NCBI GenBank assembly: GCA_964553625.1
Contig: CAZKKZ010000004.1
Coordinates: 149-64,148 of the forward strand
From: an uncultured Ruminiclostridium sp.
GTDB taxonomy: Bacteria > Bacillota > Clostridia > Oscillospirales > Ruminococcaceae
DNA length: 64,000 nt
Direction of reading: 5' to 3'
In this document: positions 18,899 to 28,500 of the stretch, in pieces
How the letters are laid out: each line of letters starts with the position of its first letter
Numbering within the stretch: the stretch's first letter is position 1
Notes under the pieces: generated by a model
What the model was told of the DNA's origin: nothing
Database searches by the model: none
What the model saw: only the letters and a program-made list of their open reading frames with translations
Program-made: the position numbers and the translations under genes

Positions 18899-19752
18899 TA
18901 TTTCCCGCTGTCGCGGTGCAGCACCCGCACCTTATAACCGCGCCCGTTCAAATGCTCGTACATTTTTTCCGCGAAGGTAACGCTTCTGTGCTTTCCGCCC
19001 GTACAGCCAAACGCGATCACTAGCTGACTCTTCCCCTCGGAAATATACTGCGGGATCAGAAAATCCGCCAGATCGCAAAGCTTCGCGTTCAGAATCTGCG
19101 CCGTTTCGTGCTTCATGACGAAATCCTGCACCTCCCGATCCGTCCCCGTTTTTTCCTTCAGCTCCGGAACGTAAAACGGATTCGGGAGACAGCGTACGTC
19201 GAATACCAGATCCGCCTCGTCGGGAACGCCGTACTTGAATCCGAACGAAACACAGCTGATGATCATGCTGTCGCTCACGTTTTCCAGAAAAATATTCAGA
19301 ACATTTTCCTTCAGCTTCGCGGTAGACATCAGGCTTGTGTCGATATAATAATCGCAGTGCTCGCGGATCGGCATCATGATCTCAAACTCGGCGGCGATCG
19401 CCCGATCAAGATCGCCGTTCGCGATGTCGTAAAGCGGGTGCTTCCGCCGCGTTTCCTTATATCGGCGCTTTACGACCTCCTCGTCGGAATACAGGAACAG
19501 AACCTTCACGTTCATGCCGAGCCCGCGCATTTTATCGATATTGTCCCAAAGCATTAAAAAGAACTCGCCGCCGCGGATATCCGTAACGATCGCGACCTTT
19601 TCGATCAGCGCCTTATCCTTGCAGATATCGGCGAATTCGGGGATCAGCTGCGGCGGCATATTGTCGATACAAAAGAACCCGATGTCCTCAAGCGCCTTTG
19701 CGACGCAGGATTTTCCCGAACCGGAAATTCCGGTAACAATGACGAATTCCAT
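18898..19752 (-). CDS. rapZ: RNase adapter protein RapZ (YvcJ)
   Basis: 284 aa. P-loop VIVTGISGSGKS and a conserved RapZ C-terminus (GCTGGKHRSV). Confidence 0.93.
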   Translation of the reverse strand: MEFVIVTGISGSGKSCVAKALEDIGFFCIDNMPPQLIPEFADICKDKALIEKVAIVTDIRGGEFFLMLWDNIDKMRGLGMNVKVLFLYSDEEVVKRRYKETRRKHPLYDIANGDLDRAIAAEFEIMMPIREHCDYYIDTSLMSTAKLKENVLNIFLENVSDSMIISCVSFGFKYGVPDEADLVFDVRCLPNPFYVPELKEKTGTDREVQDFVMKHETAQILNAKLCDLADFLIPQYISEGKSQLVIAFGCTGGKHRSVTFAEKMYEHLNGRGYKVRVLHRDSGK

Positions 19753-19791
19753 ATTCCATCATTCCTTTTTCTCACACGTTCTGCCGTCCCG

Positions 19792-20700
19792 TTATTCCAG
19801 CACCAGCATTTCGCACTCAAGCCGGACGCCGGAATCCCGATAAACCCTTTCCTTCACCGCCTCGACAACGTTTAAAACGTCCGCGCAGGTCGCGTTCCCG
19901 AGATTGACCACAAAGCCGCTGTGCTTTTCGCTTACCGCCGCGCCCCCGCAGGAGAAGCCCTTCAGACCGCTCGCCTCGATCAGCCGCGCGGCATAATCGC
20001 CCGCGGGACGCTTAAAGGTGCTTCCCGCGCTGGGATACTCGAGGGGCTGGCTGCTCCGCCGCTTCGCCATCAGCTCGCTCATTCGGGCGGAAATCTCCTC
20101 CGGCTCTCCCCGATTCAGCTTCAGCGTCACCCGAAGGATCGGATACCCCTTTTCGGCAAAAATGCTGTGACGGTAGGAAAGCTTCATTTCCTCCGCCGTC
20201 ATGCGCCGCTCGCGGTTTTCCTCATCGAGATAATCGCAGGATTCCACAACGTCCTTGATTTCCCCGCCGTAAGCGCCCGCGTTCATATAAAGCGCCCCGC
20301 CGACCGTCCCCGGGATCCCGTAGGCGAATTCCAGTCCCGTCAGAGACGATTCCCGCGCGATCAGGCACACCTTATTCAGCGCCGCGCCCGCGCAGCAGAT
20401 CAGCCGTTCTCCGTCGGTCTTTATCTCGGAAAAATCGTCCGCAAGAACGATCACGAGTCCGCGAAGCCCGCTGTCGCTGATCAGAAGATTGCTCCCCCGC
20501 CCGATCAGGTAGGTCGGGATTTCATTTTTTCCGCAGAAGGCGAGAACCTCCGAAAGACATTCGGCGCTGTTCGGCTTAATGAGCGCGTCGCAGCGTCCGC
20601 CGATATGAAAGGTCGTATATTTGGAAAGCGGTTCATTCCGGCTGAACCGCGCACGATGCTTTTCCGCAATCTCCGAAACGCCGTCGTATATCAAGTCCAT
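19792..20700 (-). CDS. murB: UDP-N-acetylenolpyruvoylglucosamine reductase
   Basis: 302 aa. FAD-binding domain (GRGSNLL) and a MurB C-terminal domain (GSTFKRP). Confidence 0.93.
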   Translation of the reverse strand: MDLIYDGVSEIAEKHRARFSRNEPLSKYTTFHIGGRCDALIKPNSAECLSEVLAFCGKNEIPTYLIGRGSNLLISDSGLRGLVIVLADDFSEIKTDGERLICCAGAALNKVCLIARESSLTGLEFAYGIPGTVGGALYMNAGAYGGEIKDVVESCDYLDEENRERRMTAEEMKLSYRHSIFAEKGYPILRVTLKLNRGEPEEISARMSELMAKRRSSQPLEYPSAGSTFKRPAGDYAARLIEASGLKGFSCGGAAVSEKHSGFVVNLGNATCADVLNVVEAVKERVYRDSGVRLECEMLVLE

Positions 20701-20728
20701 TCCCCCTGCGCTCCCTCGTCGTATACTC

Positions 20729-21682
20729 TTATTTTAAAGTATATAAATATGCCGCGCCGATTATTCCCGCGTCGTTTCCGAGCTTCGCAATATCGAGCTT
20801 TGTTGAGCGGTTCGGGTCGATACAATAGCTTTCCTCCTCAATGATCTTCCGAAGCGGAGCCGTAAGATTTTCGCCCTCTTTACAGATTCCCCCGCCGATC
20901 AGAAGCAGCTCGGGCTGGAAGGTATTGACAATATTCGTAAGCCCGCAGCCGAGATAGCCGATATAAGTATCCACCACCCGCTTCGCGGTCGGATCGCCCG
21001 CACGCATTCCGTCAAACGCGGTCTTTCCGTCCACGTTTTCGAGAGAATTTCCGCAAAGCTCCCACATCTTCGTGCCACGATCCGCTTCCATCGCTTCCTT
21101 TGTCATGTTGATGAGCGCCGTCGCGGAGGAATACGCCTCGAAGCAGCCCTTTCTTCCGCACCCGCACGGTCTCCCGCCGTATTCGATGACCGTATGTCCA
21201 AGCTCCGCGCCGCAGAAATTAAAGCCCGTATAAATTTTCCCGTCGATGATGATTCCGCCGCCGACGCCCGTGCCGAGCGTCACGACCACGACGTTTTTAT
21301 AGCCTTTTCCCGCGCCGTTCACGACCTCGCCGAACGCCGCCGCGTTCGCGTCGTTTTCAACAAAAATCTCCGTTCCGAGCTTTTCGGAAAGAACCCTTCC
21401 AAGCGCGAAATTATGGAAATCGAGATTGCAGGAATAAAGGACAACACCCGTATTGCGGTTCGCCGTTCCCGGAGTACCGATCCCGACGCTGTTCACCTCG
21501 GAAAGCGCGATCCCCGCGTTTTCGCAGGCAAGCCGCACTCCCTCGGCAATGCTTTCCGCGATCTCCTCCGACGGACGCGGCAGATTCGTTTTCGTATTGG
21601 ACTTCCCGATAATTTCACAGCGCTCGTTCACCACGCCGACCTTGATATTCGTTCCGCCGAGATCAATTCCGATATTGTACAT
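20729..21682 (-). CDS. glk: ROK family glucokinase
   Basis: 317 aa. IGIDLGGTNIKVG ATP motif and a ROK zinc motif (CGCGRKGCFE). Confidence 0.9.
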   Translation of the reverse strand: MYNIGIDLGGTNIKVGVVNERCEIIGKSNTKTNLPRPSEEIAESIAEGVRLACENAGIALSEVNSVGIGTPGTANRNTGVVLYSCNLDFHNFALGRVLSEKLGTEIFVENDANAAAFGEVVNGAGKGYKNVVVVTLGTGVGGGIIIDGKIYTGFNFCGAELGHTVIEYGGRPCGCGRKGCFEAYSSATALINMTKEAMEADRGTKMWELCGNSLENVDGKTAFDGMRAGDPTAKRVVDTYIGYLGCGLTNIVNTFQPELLLIGGGICKEGENLTAPLRKIIEEESYCIDPNRSTKLDIAKLGNDAGIIGAAYLYTLK

Positions 21683-21724
21683 TTTTTCGTCCAGACCTTT
21701 CGTTTATATTTTGTTCGTTTATTT

Positions 21725-22156
21725 TCAATTTGAAAGCGCGACCCGCTTTTCCTCGAGCCGTTCCAGCAGCATTCGCAGGTTGTTTTCCTGATTCGGAAGA
21801 TTCGCACCGTAAACACGGGAGGCAGCCTGAAATTTCACTTCTTTTTTCTTTTCGGAAAAGAAAATCAAATGAACCGATTTCTGCCCAAACAGAGTTCCCG
21901 AAATCTTGACTTTTTGCAGATCCCTCAGCTCCAGCGCGAATGACGACCCGCTCAGAAGACCTTCCCTCTGTCCGATCAGCCGGTCACGGTCGGTGATCCC
22001 GACGTACCCGATCATTATACCGCTGCTGCGCGCAAAGAAGCCGGTGGACTTAAAAAGACAATATACCGCCGCTTCTATGGTCTCCCCCTCGGACAGCAGC
22101 GCCCGGAGCGCCCGCATCATTCCCGCTTCGCTGACCGCCTGTGCCATTTCCCTCAC
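21725..22156 (-). CDS. hypothetical protein (possibly a bacterial PH-like domain)
   Basis: 143-aa ORF overlapping the stop of the upstream gene by 4 nt. The PH-like guess rests on weak sequence impression only. Confidence 0.5.
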   Translation of the reverse strand: MREMAQAVSEAGMMRALRALLSEGETIEAAVYCLFKSTGFFARSSGIMIGYVGITDRDRLIGQREGLLSGSSFALELRDLQKVKISGTLFGQKSVHLIFFSEKKKEVKFQAASRVYGANLPNQENNLRMLLERLEEKRVALSN

Positions 22157-22884
22157 TCCTTACGCTCCAGTCTGCGCTTCCGCTCCTCCAGATACCCCGC
22201 CATGCGACTTGGCTCCGCGTTCAGCACCAGCTCCTCGGGAAATCCAATTTCCGCGAGCAGCTCCTCCGCGGGTTCAAACGCGCCGATCGCGGTATAAAAA
22301 TGCGCGTCGGAGCTGACGACGATTCTCGTCCGATATTTCGCGCAGGCTTCCAGAATCCGCGCGTACCGTTCCCGCGCCGTACCGCCCCGGTTCAGACGGG
22401 TCACGTTCACCTCGATCAGCCTTCCCCGCGCGGCGCATTCCTTACATACCGCGTCGAAATCATAGTCGAACCGCTTCGATTCGGAATGGCAGAGCGCGTC
22501 TATGTAGGGATTCATTAAAGCGCCGAGATAAGCGCGCGTGTGCTCCTCCTTTGTCCCCGGCTTCAGAACGCAGTCATGCATGGAAGCGTTTACCCATTCG
22601 AGACATTCGTAAAGATCGGGCTCGTAAATATCAAGATTCCCGTCGTAGTCGGTAATATCCGCCTCAATCCCGCGGATCAAACGCACGCCGAAAAGCGTAT
22701 CGGGAAGAACGCGCTGATTATAAAAATGCCAAATATGCGGCGAATCGTGTTCATTCGGTCCGTGATCGGTCATGGCAAGATAGGCGATCCCATGCTCCGA
22801 AGCCCATTTCGCGTTTTCGGTCACGGTGCTGTATGCATGGGTCGAGGCGATTGTATGCGTATGCAGATCGGCAATAAATCCCAT
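22153..22884 (-). CDS. PHP-domain phosphatase (YcdX-like)
   Basis: ADLHTHTIASTHAYS and MTDHGPN metal-binding motifs. Start set at MGFIADLH (22884). Alternative start at 22914 gives an ATGA overlap with the hprK stop. Confidence 0.8.
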   Translation of the reverse strand: MGFIADLHTHTIASTHAYSTVTENAKWASEHGIAYLAMTDHGPNEHDSPHIWHFYNQRVLPDTLFGVRLIRGIEADITDYDGNLDIYEPDLYECLEWVNASMHDCVLKPGTKEEHTRAYLGALMNPYIDALCHSESKRFDYDFDAVCKECAARGRLIEVNVTRLNRGGTARERYARILEACAKYRTRIVVSSDAHFYTAIGAFEPAEELLAEIGFPEELVLNAEPSRMAGYLEERKRRLERKE

Positions 22885-22910
22885 TTTATGACCATTCCCT
22901 TCCGCGCGGA

Positions 22911-23867
22911 TCATACGTCATACTTCGTGACGGTATTCGCGCCCTCCATATTCAGCCCGAGATTGTCGAGAAGATCCTGCGCTGCATTATAGCCCATTTT
23001 CTTCTGACGGTTATTCATCGCGGCGACCTCGAGGATAACGGCTAAATTCCGTCCCGGCTTTACGGGGATCGTCAGATACGGAACCTTCACGCCGAGAATC
23101 GACATATAATGATTATCCATGCCCATGCGGTCGTATACCTTTTCGGGATTCCACGCCTCAAGCTCCACGACCATATCGATCTTCTCGGTCACCTTGACCG
23201 AGCCCATACCGAACAGCTGGCGGACGTTGATAATCCCGATTCCGCGAAGCTCGAGGAAGTGGCGGATATTGTCGGGAGAGCTTCCGACGAGAGTAATATT
23301 CGAGGTCTTTCGGATCTCGACCGCGTCGTCCGCGACAAGACGGTGTCCGCGCTTTACAAGCTCGATTGCCGTTTCGCTCTTTCCGACGCCGCTGTCCCCG
23401 AGGATCAGGACGCCTTCGCCGTAAATTTCAATCAGAACGCCGTGTCTCGTAATGCGCGGCGCGAGATTCAGGTTCAAAAACGCGATCAGCTTTGCCATAA
23501 ACGCCGAGGTGCTGTCCTGACTGCGAAGAATGGGAACGCCGTGGCGCTCCCCAAGCTCGACGATCTCGGGAAAGACCGGAAGCTCCCTCGTTACGACAAA
23601 GGCGGGCGGCTTCTGCGACAAAAGGCGGTCAAACGCCGCTCTGCGCTGATTTTCATCGAACTGCTCCATATAAGCACACTCGGCTTTGCCGATAATCTGA
23701 ATCCGGGTATTGTCGAAATACTCGTAAAATCCGCCGAGCTGAAGCCCGGGACGGTTTACGTCACAATTATATATCATGATCTCCTTCGGATTGGAAGGAC
23801 AGTAAATAACCTCAAGCTCATATTCGTTGATGATCCTGTCAAGAGACACGGAAAAATCCTGCGGCAT
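22911..23867 (-). CDS. hprK: HPr kinase/phosphorylase
   Basis: 318 aa. P-loop GDSGVGKSETAIELVKRGHRLVADD. Confidence 0.95.
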   Translation of the reverse strand: MPQDFSVSLDRIINEYELEVIYCPSNPKEIMIYNCDVNRPGLQLGGFYEYFDNTRIQIIGKAECAYMEQFDENQRRAAFDRLLSQKPPAFVVTRELPVFPEIVELGERHGVPILRSQDSTSAFMAKLIAFLNLNLAPRITRHGVLIEIYGEGVLILGDSGVGKSETAIELVKRGHRLVADDAVEIRKTSNITLVGSSPDNIRHFLELRGIGIINVRQLFGMGSVKVTEKIDMVVELEAWNPEKVYDRMGMDNHYMSILGVKVPYLTIPVKPGRNLAVILEVAAMNNRQKKMGYNAAQDLLDNLGLNMEGANTVTKYDV

Positions 23868-24066
23868 AGCGTAAATCCTTTCTTCCGGCAGCTGCCGGAC
23901 TGCTTTTTGTATGCGTGATACTTACTTCCTTATTATACAGTATTCTTCCGTTGATTTCAAGTTTTTTTTTCTTTTTTATGGATTTGCCAAGAAATGAGGA
24001 TCAGCGTCCCGCGAAGTTTGTATATAATGTTCAATCGTTTTTTGAGGGAAATCTCTGCCCCGACAA

Positions 24067-24095
24067 TTGACAGAACAGCGATTTAATGTTATAAT
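24067..24095 (+). promoter_or_regulatory. consensus sigma-70 promoter (TTGACA-17-TATAAT)
   Basis: TTGACAgaacagcgatttaatgtTATAAT, about 40 nt upstream of the 24134 start codon. Confidence 0.7.
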
Positions 24096-24133
24096 AAAAT
24101 GGATTTTACAGTATTAAAAGGGGTGAGCGCAGA

Positions 24134-27079
24134 ATGAATCGTTTTTTCAGGCTTTTTGTTTGTTTTTTTACGGCACTTTTCATTTCCTCCGCTCTGAGCG
24201 GCACGGCGGCGGCACGGGAGACCCCGTATGTGGAAACCGTTTTTAACGAGCGGAACGGACTTCCGACCGGAGAAGCGAACGACGTGATCCAGACCGCCGA
24301 GGGCTACGTATGGATCGGGAGCTACGGCGGGCTGATCCGTTACGACGGCTCGGAATTTTTAAATTTCAGCACCGAGGGGATTCTTCCCTCCTCCTCCGTC
24401 CGCATGCTTTACGAGGACTCCGCCGGGCGGCTCTGGATCGGAACGAACGACGCGGGCGTTTTCGTTTACGAAAACGGCGGGATCACCCAGCCCGAGGGAC
24501 AGCCGCGCGACGCCTTTCTCTGCGTCCGCGGCTTCACCGAGGATCAAGACGGGACAATTTACGCCTGCTCCAATTCGGGGATCGCCGAAATACGGAACGG
24601 GATCATGCGGGTATACGAAATTGAGGAGATTGCCGGGCAGACCGTCTATTCCGTCGGCGTGGATCGTTTCGGGAGAGTATGGGGCGCGGACAGCAGCGGC
24701 GGCTGTATCGTTCTGACGGACGGAAAACCGGTTCATCACGCGTCTCCCGAGGAATTCCTCGGGAGCGGAATGTCGGTATACAGCCTTACCTCGGGAAAGG
24801 ACGGCGAAATCTGGCTCGGGAGCGCGAGCAGCCTTCTTGCGCGGCTCAGCTTTCACGGAACGGGCTTTTCGGAGGAGGATATTACCGTAACGCTTTATGA
24901 AACGGGAAGCGTTACAACGCATAACAGTCTCCGTATGATGAGCGACGGATCGCTCGCGGTCAGCGGGCTTCACGGCTTCGGCGTTCTCTCCCCCGACGGC
25001 GGCTTCCGCGAATTCAGCGAGGACGAGGGAGCCGTTTCGGTCAACAGCGCTTTTATCGACTATGAGGACAATGTCTGGCTCGCCTCTACCACAAAGGGAA
25101 TTATCCGCTATACGGCGGGCTGCTTCAGCTCGCCGAACGGCACCGAAGGACTCGAGGGAATTTCGCTCAACGCGGTCGCGATGGAAGGCGATACCTTTTA
25201 TCTCGGGACGGACGGCGGACTTTTGATCCGCGACAGGGAATGGCAGCCCGTCGAAAACGAGCTGACCGCGATTTTTGAAGGGGTACGGATCCGTCATATC
25301 ATCGCAGACAGCGGCGGAAACGTCTGGATCGCCTCTTATTCCGATACGCCCGTTGTCCGCTATGATCCGAAAAGCGGGGAGATCGTTTCCTACGGTATGG
25401 AGGAGGGGCTTTCGGACGGACGCGCCCGCGTGCTGCTCGAGCTTTCGGACGGACGGATCGCGGCGGGAATGCAGGGCGGACTGAACCTCATTTATCCAAA
25501 CGGAAGGATCGAAACCTATACAGATCTGAAATACCCCGCGATCCTCTCCCTGCTCGAAACCGAAAGCGGCTCGATCCTCGCGGGGAGCGACGGCGGCGGA
25601 ATCTATGAGTTCCGGAACGGAGAGGTTCTCTCTCACAGCTTTTCCGAGGGACTCGCGGAGGGCGTCGTGCTTCGCATGCTTCGCGACACAGAGGGCTCGG
25701 GCTACTTCATCAGCGCGGGCAGCAGCCTTTACTATTGGGACGGCAGCCTGTTTCAAAAATTAGACACCTTAAAAAAGGAAGCGGGAAGCATTTTCGACTT
25801 TTACCAGACCGGGAACACGCTCTGGCTTCTGCAAAATAACGGAATTTTAGCGATCAGCCGCGAAAATCTTCTGGACGGCGGAAACGGAAACCCGATCCCG
25901 TTCAGCTTTCAGCACGGACTGTCCGGATCGCTCAACGCGAATACATGGCACTGCCTGCATAACGGCGAGCTTTATCTCGCGACGCGCAGCGGGGTCAGCC
26001 TTTTTAACTTCACCGCGCCGCATAACGAGCTTCCGAAAGGAATCATCAACCGTATCACCGTTGACGGAGAAATCTACGATCACCCTACGGATCTGACCGT
26101 TTCGGGCAATACGCAGCGTATCACGATCGATTTCGCGGCGCTTTCGTTCACGGACACGACGCGCTTTACCATTTCATACCGGCTGACCGGCTTTGACGAC
26201 GAGGCGACCGTTCTGAACGACGTAAAAAGCGGGAGCGTCAGCTATACAAATCTCCCCGGCGGAAATTACCGCTTTTATCTGAAGATCGCGGATCGCGACG
26301 ATCCGACGGTAAACAGCATTTTCAGCTTTACTCTGGAAAAGCAGCGTCAATTTTACGAATTGCCGCTGTTCTGGATCGGTATGGCGATTCTTCTGATCGC
26401 CGCGGCGGCGGGCGCGGCAATGCTCATCTCGGGAACAAAGCTCCGCAGCGCGCGGCGCAGACAGCGGGAATACCGCGATATTCTGGAGCAGTCGCTTCTC
26501 ACCTTCGCGGGAACCATTGACGCGAAGGACAAATACACCAACGGACATTCTACCCGCGTCGCGCAGTATTCGCGGGAACTTGCCCGCCGCATGAACATGA
26601 CCCCCGAACAGCAGGAGCATATTTATTACGTCGCGCTCCTGCACGACATCGGGAAAATCGGAATCCCGGACAATATTCTGAACAAGCCCGGAAAGCTTAC
26701 GCCCGAGGAGCGGGAGGTTATTCAGCGTCACCCGAGGATCGGCGCGGAAATTCTCAAAAACTTTACCGCGCTCGACGGGATCGCGGACGGCGCGAAATAT
26801 CATCACGAGCGCTTCGACGGCACGGGCTACTGCGAAGGGCGCGCGGGGGAAGATATTCCGCTGATGGCGAGGATTATCGGCGTCGCGGACACCTACGACG
26901 CCATGTCCAGCGAACGCTGCTACCGCAAGCCGCTCAGCGAGGAGATCATACGCGCGGAGCTTGAGAAAGGGATCGGCACACAGTTCGATCCCGCGATCGT
27001 TCCGCATATGCTCGCCATGATCAGCGACGGAACCGCCCCGATCCGGGCGGAAAGCGCGGATACGCCCGAGACGGTCTGA
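24134..27079 (+). CDS. sensor protein: signal peptide, beta-propeller (two-component regulator propeller) repeats, Y_Y_Y-like domain, TM helix and HD-GYP phosphohydrolase domain
   Basis: 981 aa. N-terminal hydrophobic leader, then many repeats such as D..G.IWIGT/G.GL. One TM helix (LFWIGMAILLIAAAAGAAMLI). C-terminal HD-GYP motifs HDIGKIGIPDNILNKPGKLTPEE ... HHERFDGTGY. Confidence 0.85.
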   Translation: MNRFFRLFVCFFTALFISSALSGTAAARETPYVETVFNERNGLPTGEANDVIQTAEGYVWIGSYGGLIRYDGSEFLNFSTEGILPSSSVRMLYEDSAGRLWIGTNDAGVFVYENGGITQPEGQPRDAFLCVRGFTEDQDGTIYACSNSGIAEIRNGIMRVYEIEEIAGQTVYSVGVDRFGRVWGADSSGGCIVLTDGKPVHHASPEEFLGSGMSVYSLTSGKDGEIWLGSASSLLARLSFHGTGFSEEDITVTLYETGSVTTHNSLRMMSDGSLAVSGLHGFGVLSPDGGFREFSEDEGAVSVNSAFIDYEDNVWLASTTKGIIRYTAGCFSSPNGTEGLEGISLNAVAMEGDTFYLGTDGGLLIRDREWQPVENELTAIFEGVRIRHIIADSGGNVWIASYSDTPVVRYDPKSGEIVSYGMEEGLSDGRARVLLELSDGRIAAGMQGGLNLIYPNGRIETYTDLKYPAILSLLETESGSILAGSDGGGIYEFRNGEVLSHSFSEGLAEGVVLRMLRDTEGSGYFISAGSSLYYWDGSLFQKLDTLKKEAGSIFDFYQTGNTLWLLQNNGILAISRENLLDGGNGNPIPFSFQHGLSGSLNANTWHCLHNGELYLATRSGVSLFNFTAPHNELPKGIINRITVDGEIYDHPTDLTVSGNTQRITIDFAALSFTDTTRFTISYRLTGFDDEATVLNDVKSGSVSYTNLPGGNYRFYLKIADRDDPTVNSIFSFTLEKQRQFYELPLFWIGMAILLIAAAAGAAMLISGTKLRSARRRQREYRDILEQSLLTFAGTIDAKDKYTNGHSTRVAQYSRELARRMNMTPEQQEHIYYVALLHDIGKIGIPDNILNKPGKLTPEEREVIQRHPRIGAEILKNFTALDGIADGAKYHHERFDGTGYCEGRAGEDIPLMARIIGVADTYDAMSSERCYRKPLSEEIIRAELEKGIGTQFDPAIVPHMLAMISDGTAPIRAESADTPETV

Positions 27080-27134
27080 AAACCGCCGGTCATGATGAGC
27101 CGGAAACACCGGATACTGCCCCAAAACATAAAAA

Positions 27135-27170
27135 ACATCGCGGGATTTCTCATCGGATTTCCCGCGATGT
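27135..27170. terminator. bidirectional hairpin between convergent genes
   Basis: ACATCGCGGGA-(14 nt loop)-TCCCGCGATGT, preceded by AAAAA and followed by TTTGAG. Confidence 0.6.
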
Positions 27171-27172
27171 TT

Positions 27173-27333
27173 GAGCTTGTATTCATTGGATTTGCGCGTG
27201 GATTTTCCGAGCGGATTTTATTGCTGACAAGGCAAAATTTCGCAGGCTTGCTGTCGCAAGTCAAGAAATTTTAACGCAGTCAGCGGCAAAATCTGCCGGA
27301 AAAACGCGTGCAATATCCGGTGAATACAAGCTC
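27173..27333. repeat. 161-bp imperfect palindrome (fold-back element) with perfect 13-bp termini
   Basis: GAGCTTGTATTCA (27173..27185) is the exact reverse complement of TGAATACAAGCTC (27321..27333). The two arms stay largely complementary inward to a central CTTGC-TGTC-GCAAG hairpin at 27247..27260. TTT lies on both flanks. Confidence 0.7.
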
Positions 27334-27339
27334 TTTGCT

Positions 27340-28500
27340 TTATCCCCCGCGAAGCGCCTCGACGGGAGGCATACCTGCCGCCTTCAGCGCGGGATAAACC
27401 GAAAATACCGCCCCGATCAGAACCGCGGCAAAAAACGCGCCGAACACAAGCGTAAGATCCGCCGTCATCGAAACGCCGAGCGCGGCGCACCCGATCCCCG
27501 ATACGAGAAAACCCGCGCCGATCCCGAAAAGTCCGCCCGCCGAGGTCAGGACAAGGCTTTCCCCGAGAAATTCCGCCGCAAGCGTTCGGTTCCTCGCGCC
27601 GATCGCCTTTTTGATCCCGATCTCGCGCTTGCGCTCGCTGACGCACGCAAGCATGGTCGTCATCACCGTGATCCCCGAAACGAGAAGGGAGATCCCCGCG
27701 ATCGCCGAGAGAAGCAGCTTCACTGTAATCAGAATTTCGTCCAAGCCCGATTTGTTTTGCTGGAGATTGTTGACGCTGAATCCGTTCGCCTGTCCGCGGC
27801 TGAGCCTTGCGCCAATCTGCTCGGAGATCGTTTCGGAATCCGCGTCCGGTTCGGTCAGAACGGCGATCTTATCATAGCTTTGCTTCCCCGTGATCTGCTG
27901 CATGGTCGTGTACGGGATATAGACGAAATGCGGAACAATCCCCGACAGCATATTCTGAAGCGAGGAAACGCCCGAACGCGCCACGCCCTCGACCGTAAAA
28001 TTATGATAGCTTCCCCCGAGGTACAGGCGGATCGTTTTTCCGACGACATTTCCCCGCCCGTACGCCTTCCGCGCGATCTCCTCGTCGATCACACACACAT
28101 TTTTCCGCCCGTCAATATCTCCCCGGTCGATCAGCCGCCCATGCTCCGCCGTCAGGGAAATGATCTCCTTCGCTTCCTCGCTTACGCCCCAGACCATACA
28201 TTCCTCATGATTCCGAAGCAAAACGCTCTCCGTATAGCTTCCCATTAAGGGCATCGCCTTGCGGACGCCCGAAATTTCCGCCAGAACGGCGACGTCCCCG
28301 TCGTTCAGATCGGACAGGGTATCGTCCTGCGCCTGTACCATGACCGAATTGATCCCCATCTGCGCCATTGCCTCGGAGATCACCGACGCGCCCGTTTCCC
28401 CGAGAACCGAGATCAGAACGATCGAAAAAACGCCGATCGCGATCCCGACGATCGTAAGCGCCGACCTTCCGCCCGAAAGCGCGCGTTTTACCGTATTCAT
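27340..28500 (-). CDS. ABC transporter permease, FtsX/MacB family
   Basis: 386 aa. N-terminal TM, large extracytoplasmic domain and a C-terminal FtsX-type 3-TM bundle. Confidence 0.88.
   Translation of the reverse strand: MNTVKRALSGGRSALTIVGIAIGVFSIVLISVLGETGASVISEAMAQMGINSVMVQAQDDTLSDLNDGDVAVLAEISGVRKAMPLMGSYTESVLLRNHEECMVWGVSEEAKEIISLTAEHGRLIDRGDIDGRKNVCVIDEEIARKAYGRGNVVGKTIRLYLGGSYHNFTVEGVARSGVSSLQNMLSGIVPHFVYIPYTTMQQITGKQSYDKIAVLTEPDADSETISEQIGARLSRGQANGFSVNNLQQNKSGLDEILITVKLLLSAIAGISLLVSGITVMTTMLACVSERKREIGIKKAIGARNRTLAAEFLGESLVLTSAGGLFGIGAGFLVSGIGCAALGVSMTADLTLVFGAFFAAVLIGAVFSVYPALKAAGMPPVEALRGG

Noticed and set aside
24359-25756. 465-aa minus-strand ORF antisense to the propeller/HD-GYP gene. 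Similar antisense ORFs lie at 8182..9255, 15779..16912, 19921..20844, 26174..27124 and 53020..54069.
   Set aside because: Same reasoning: they are shadow ORFs of real genes, with Arg/Ala/Gly-rich composition and no domain signatures.
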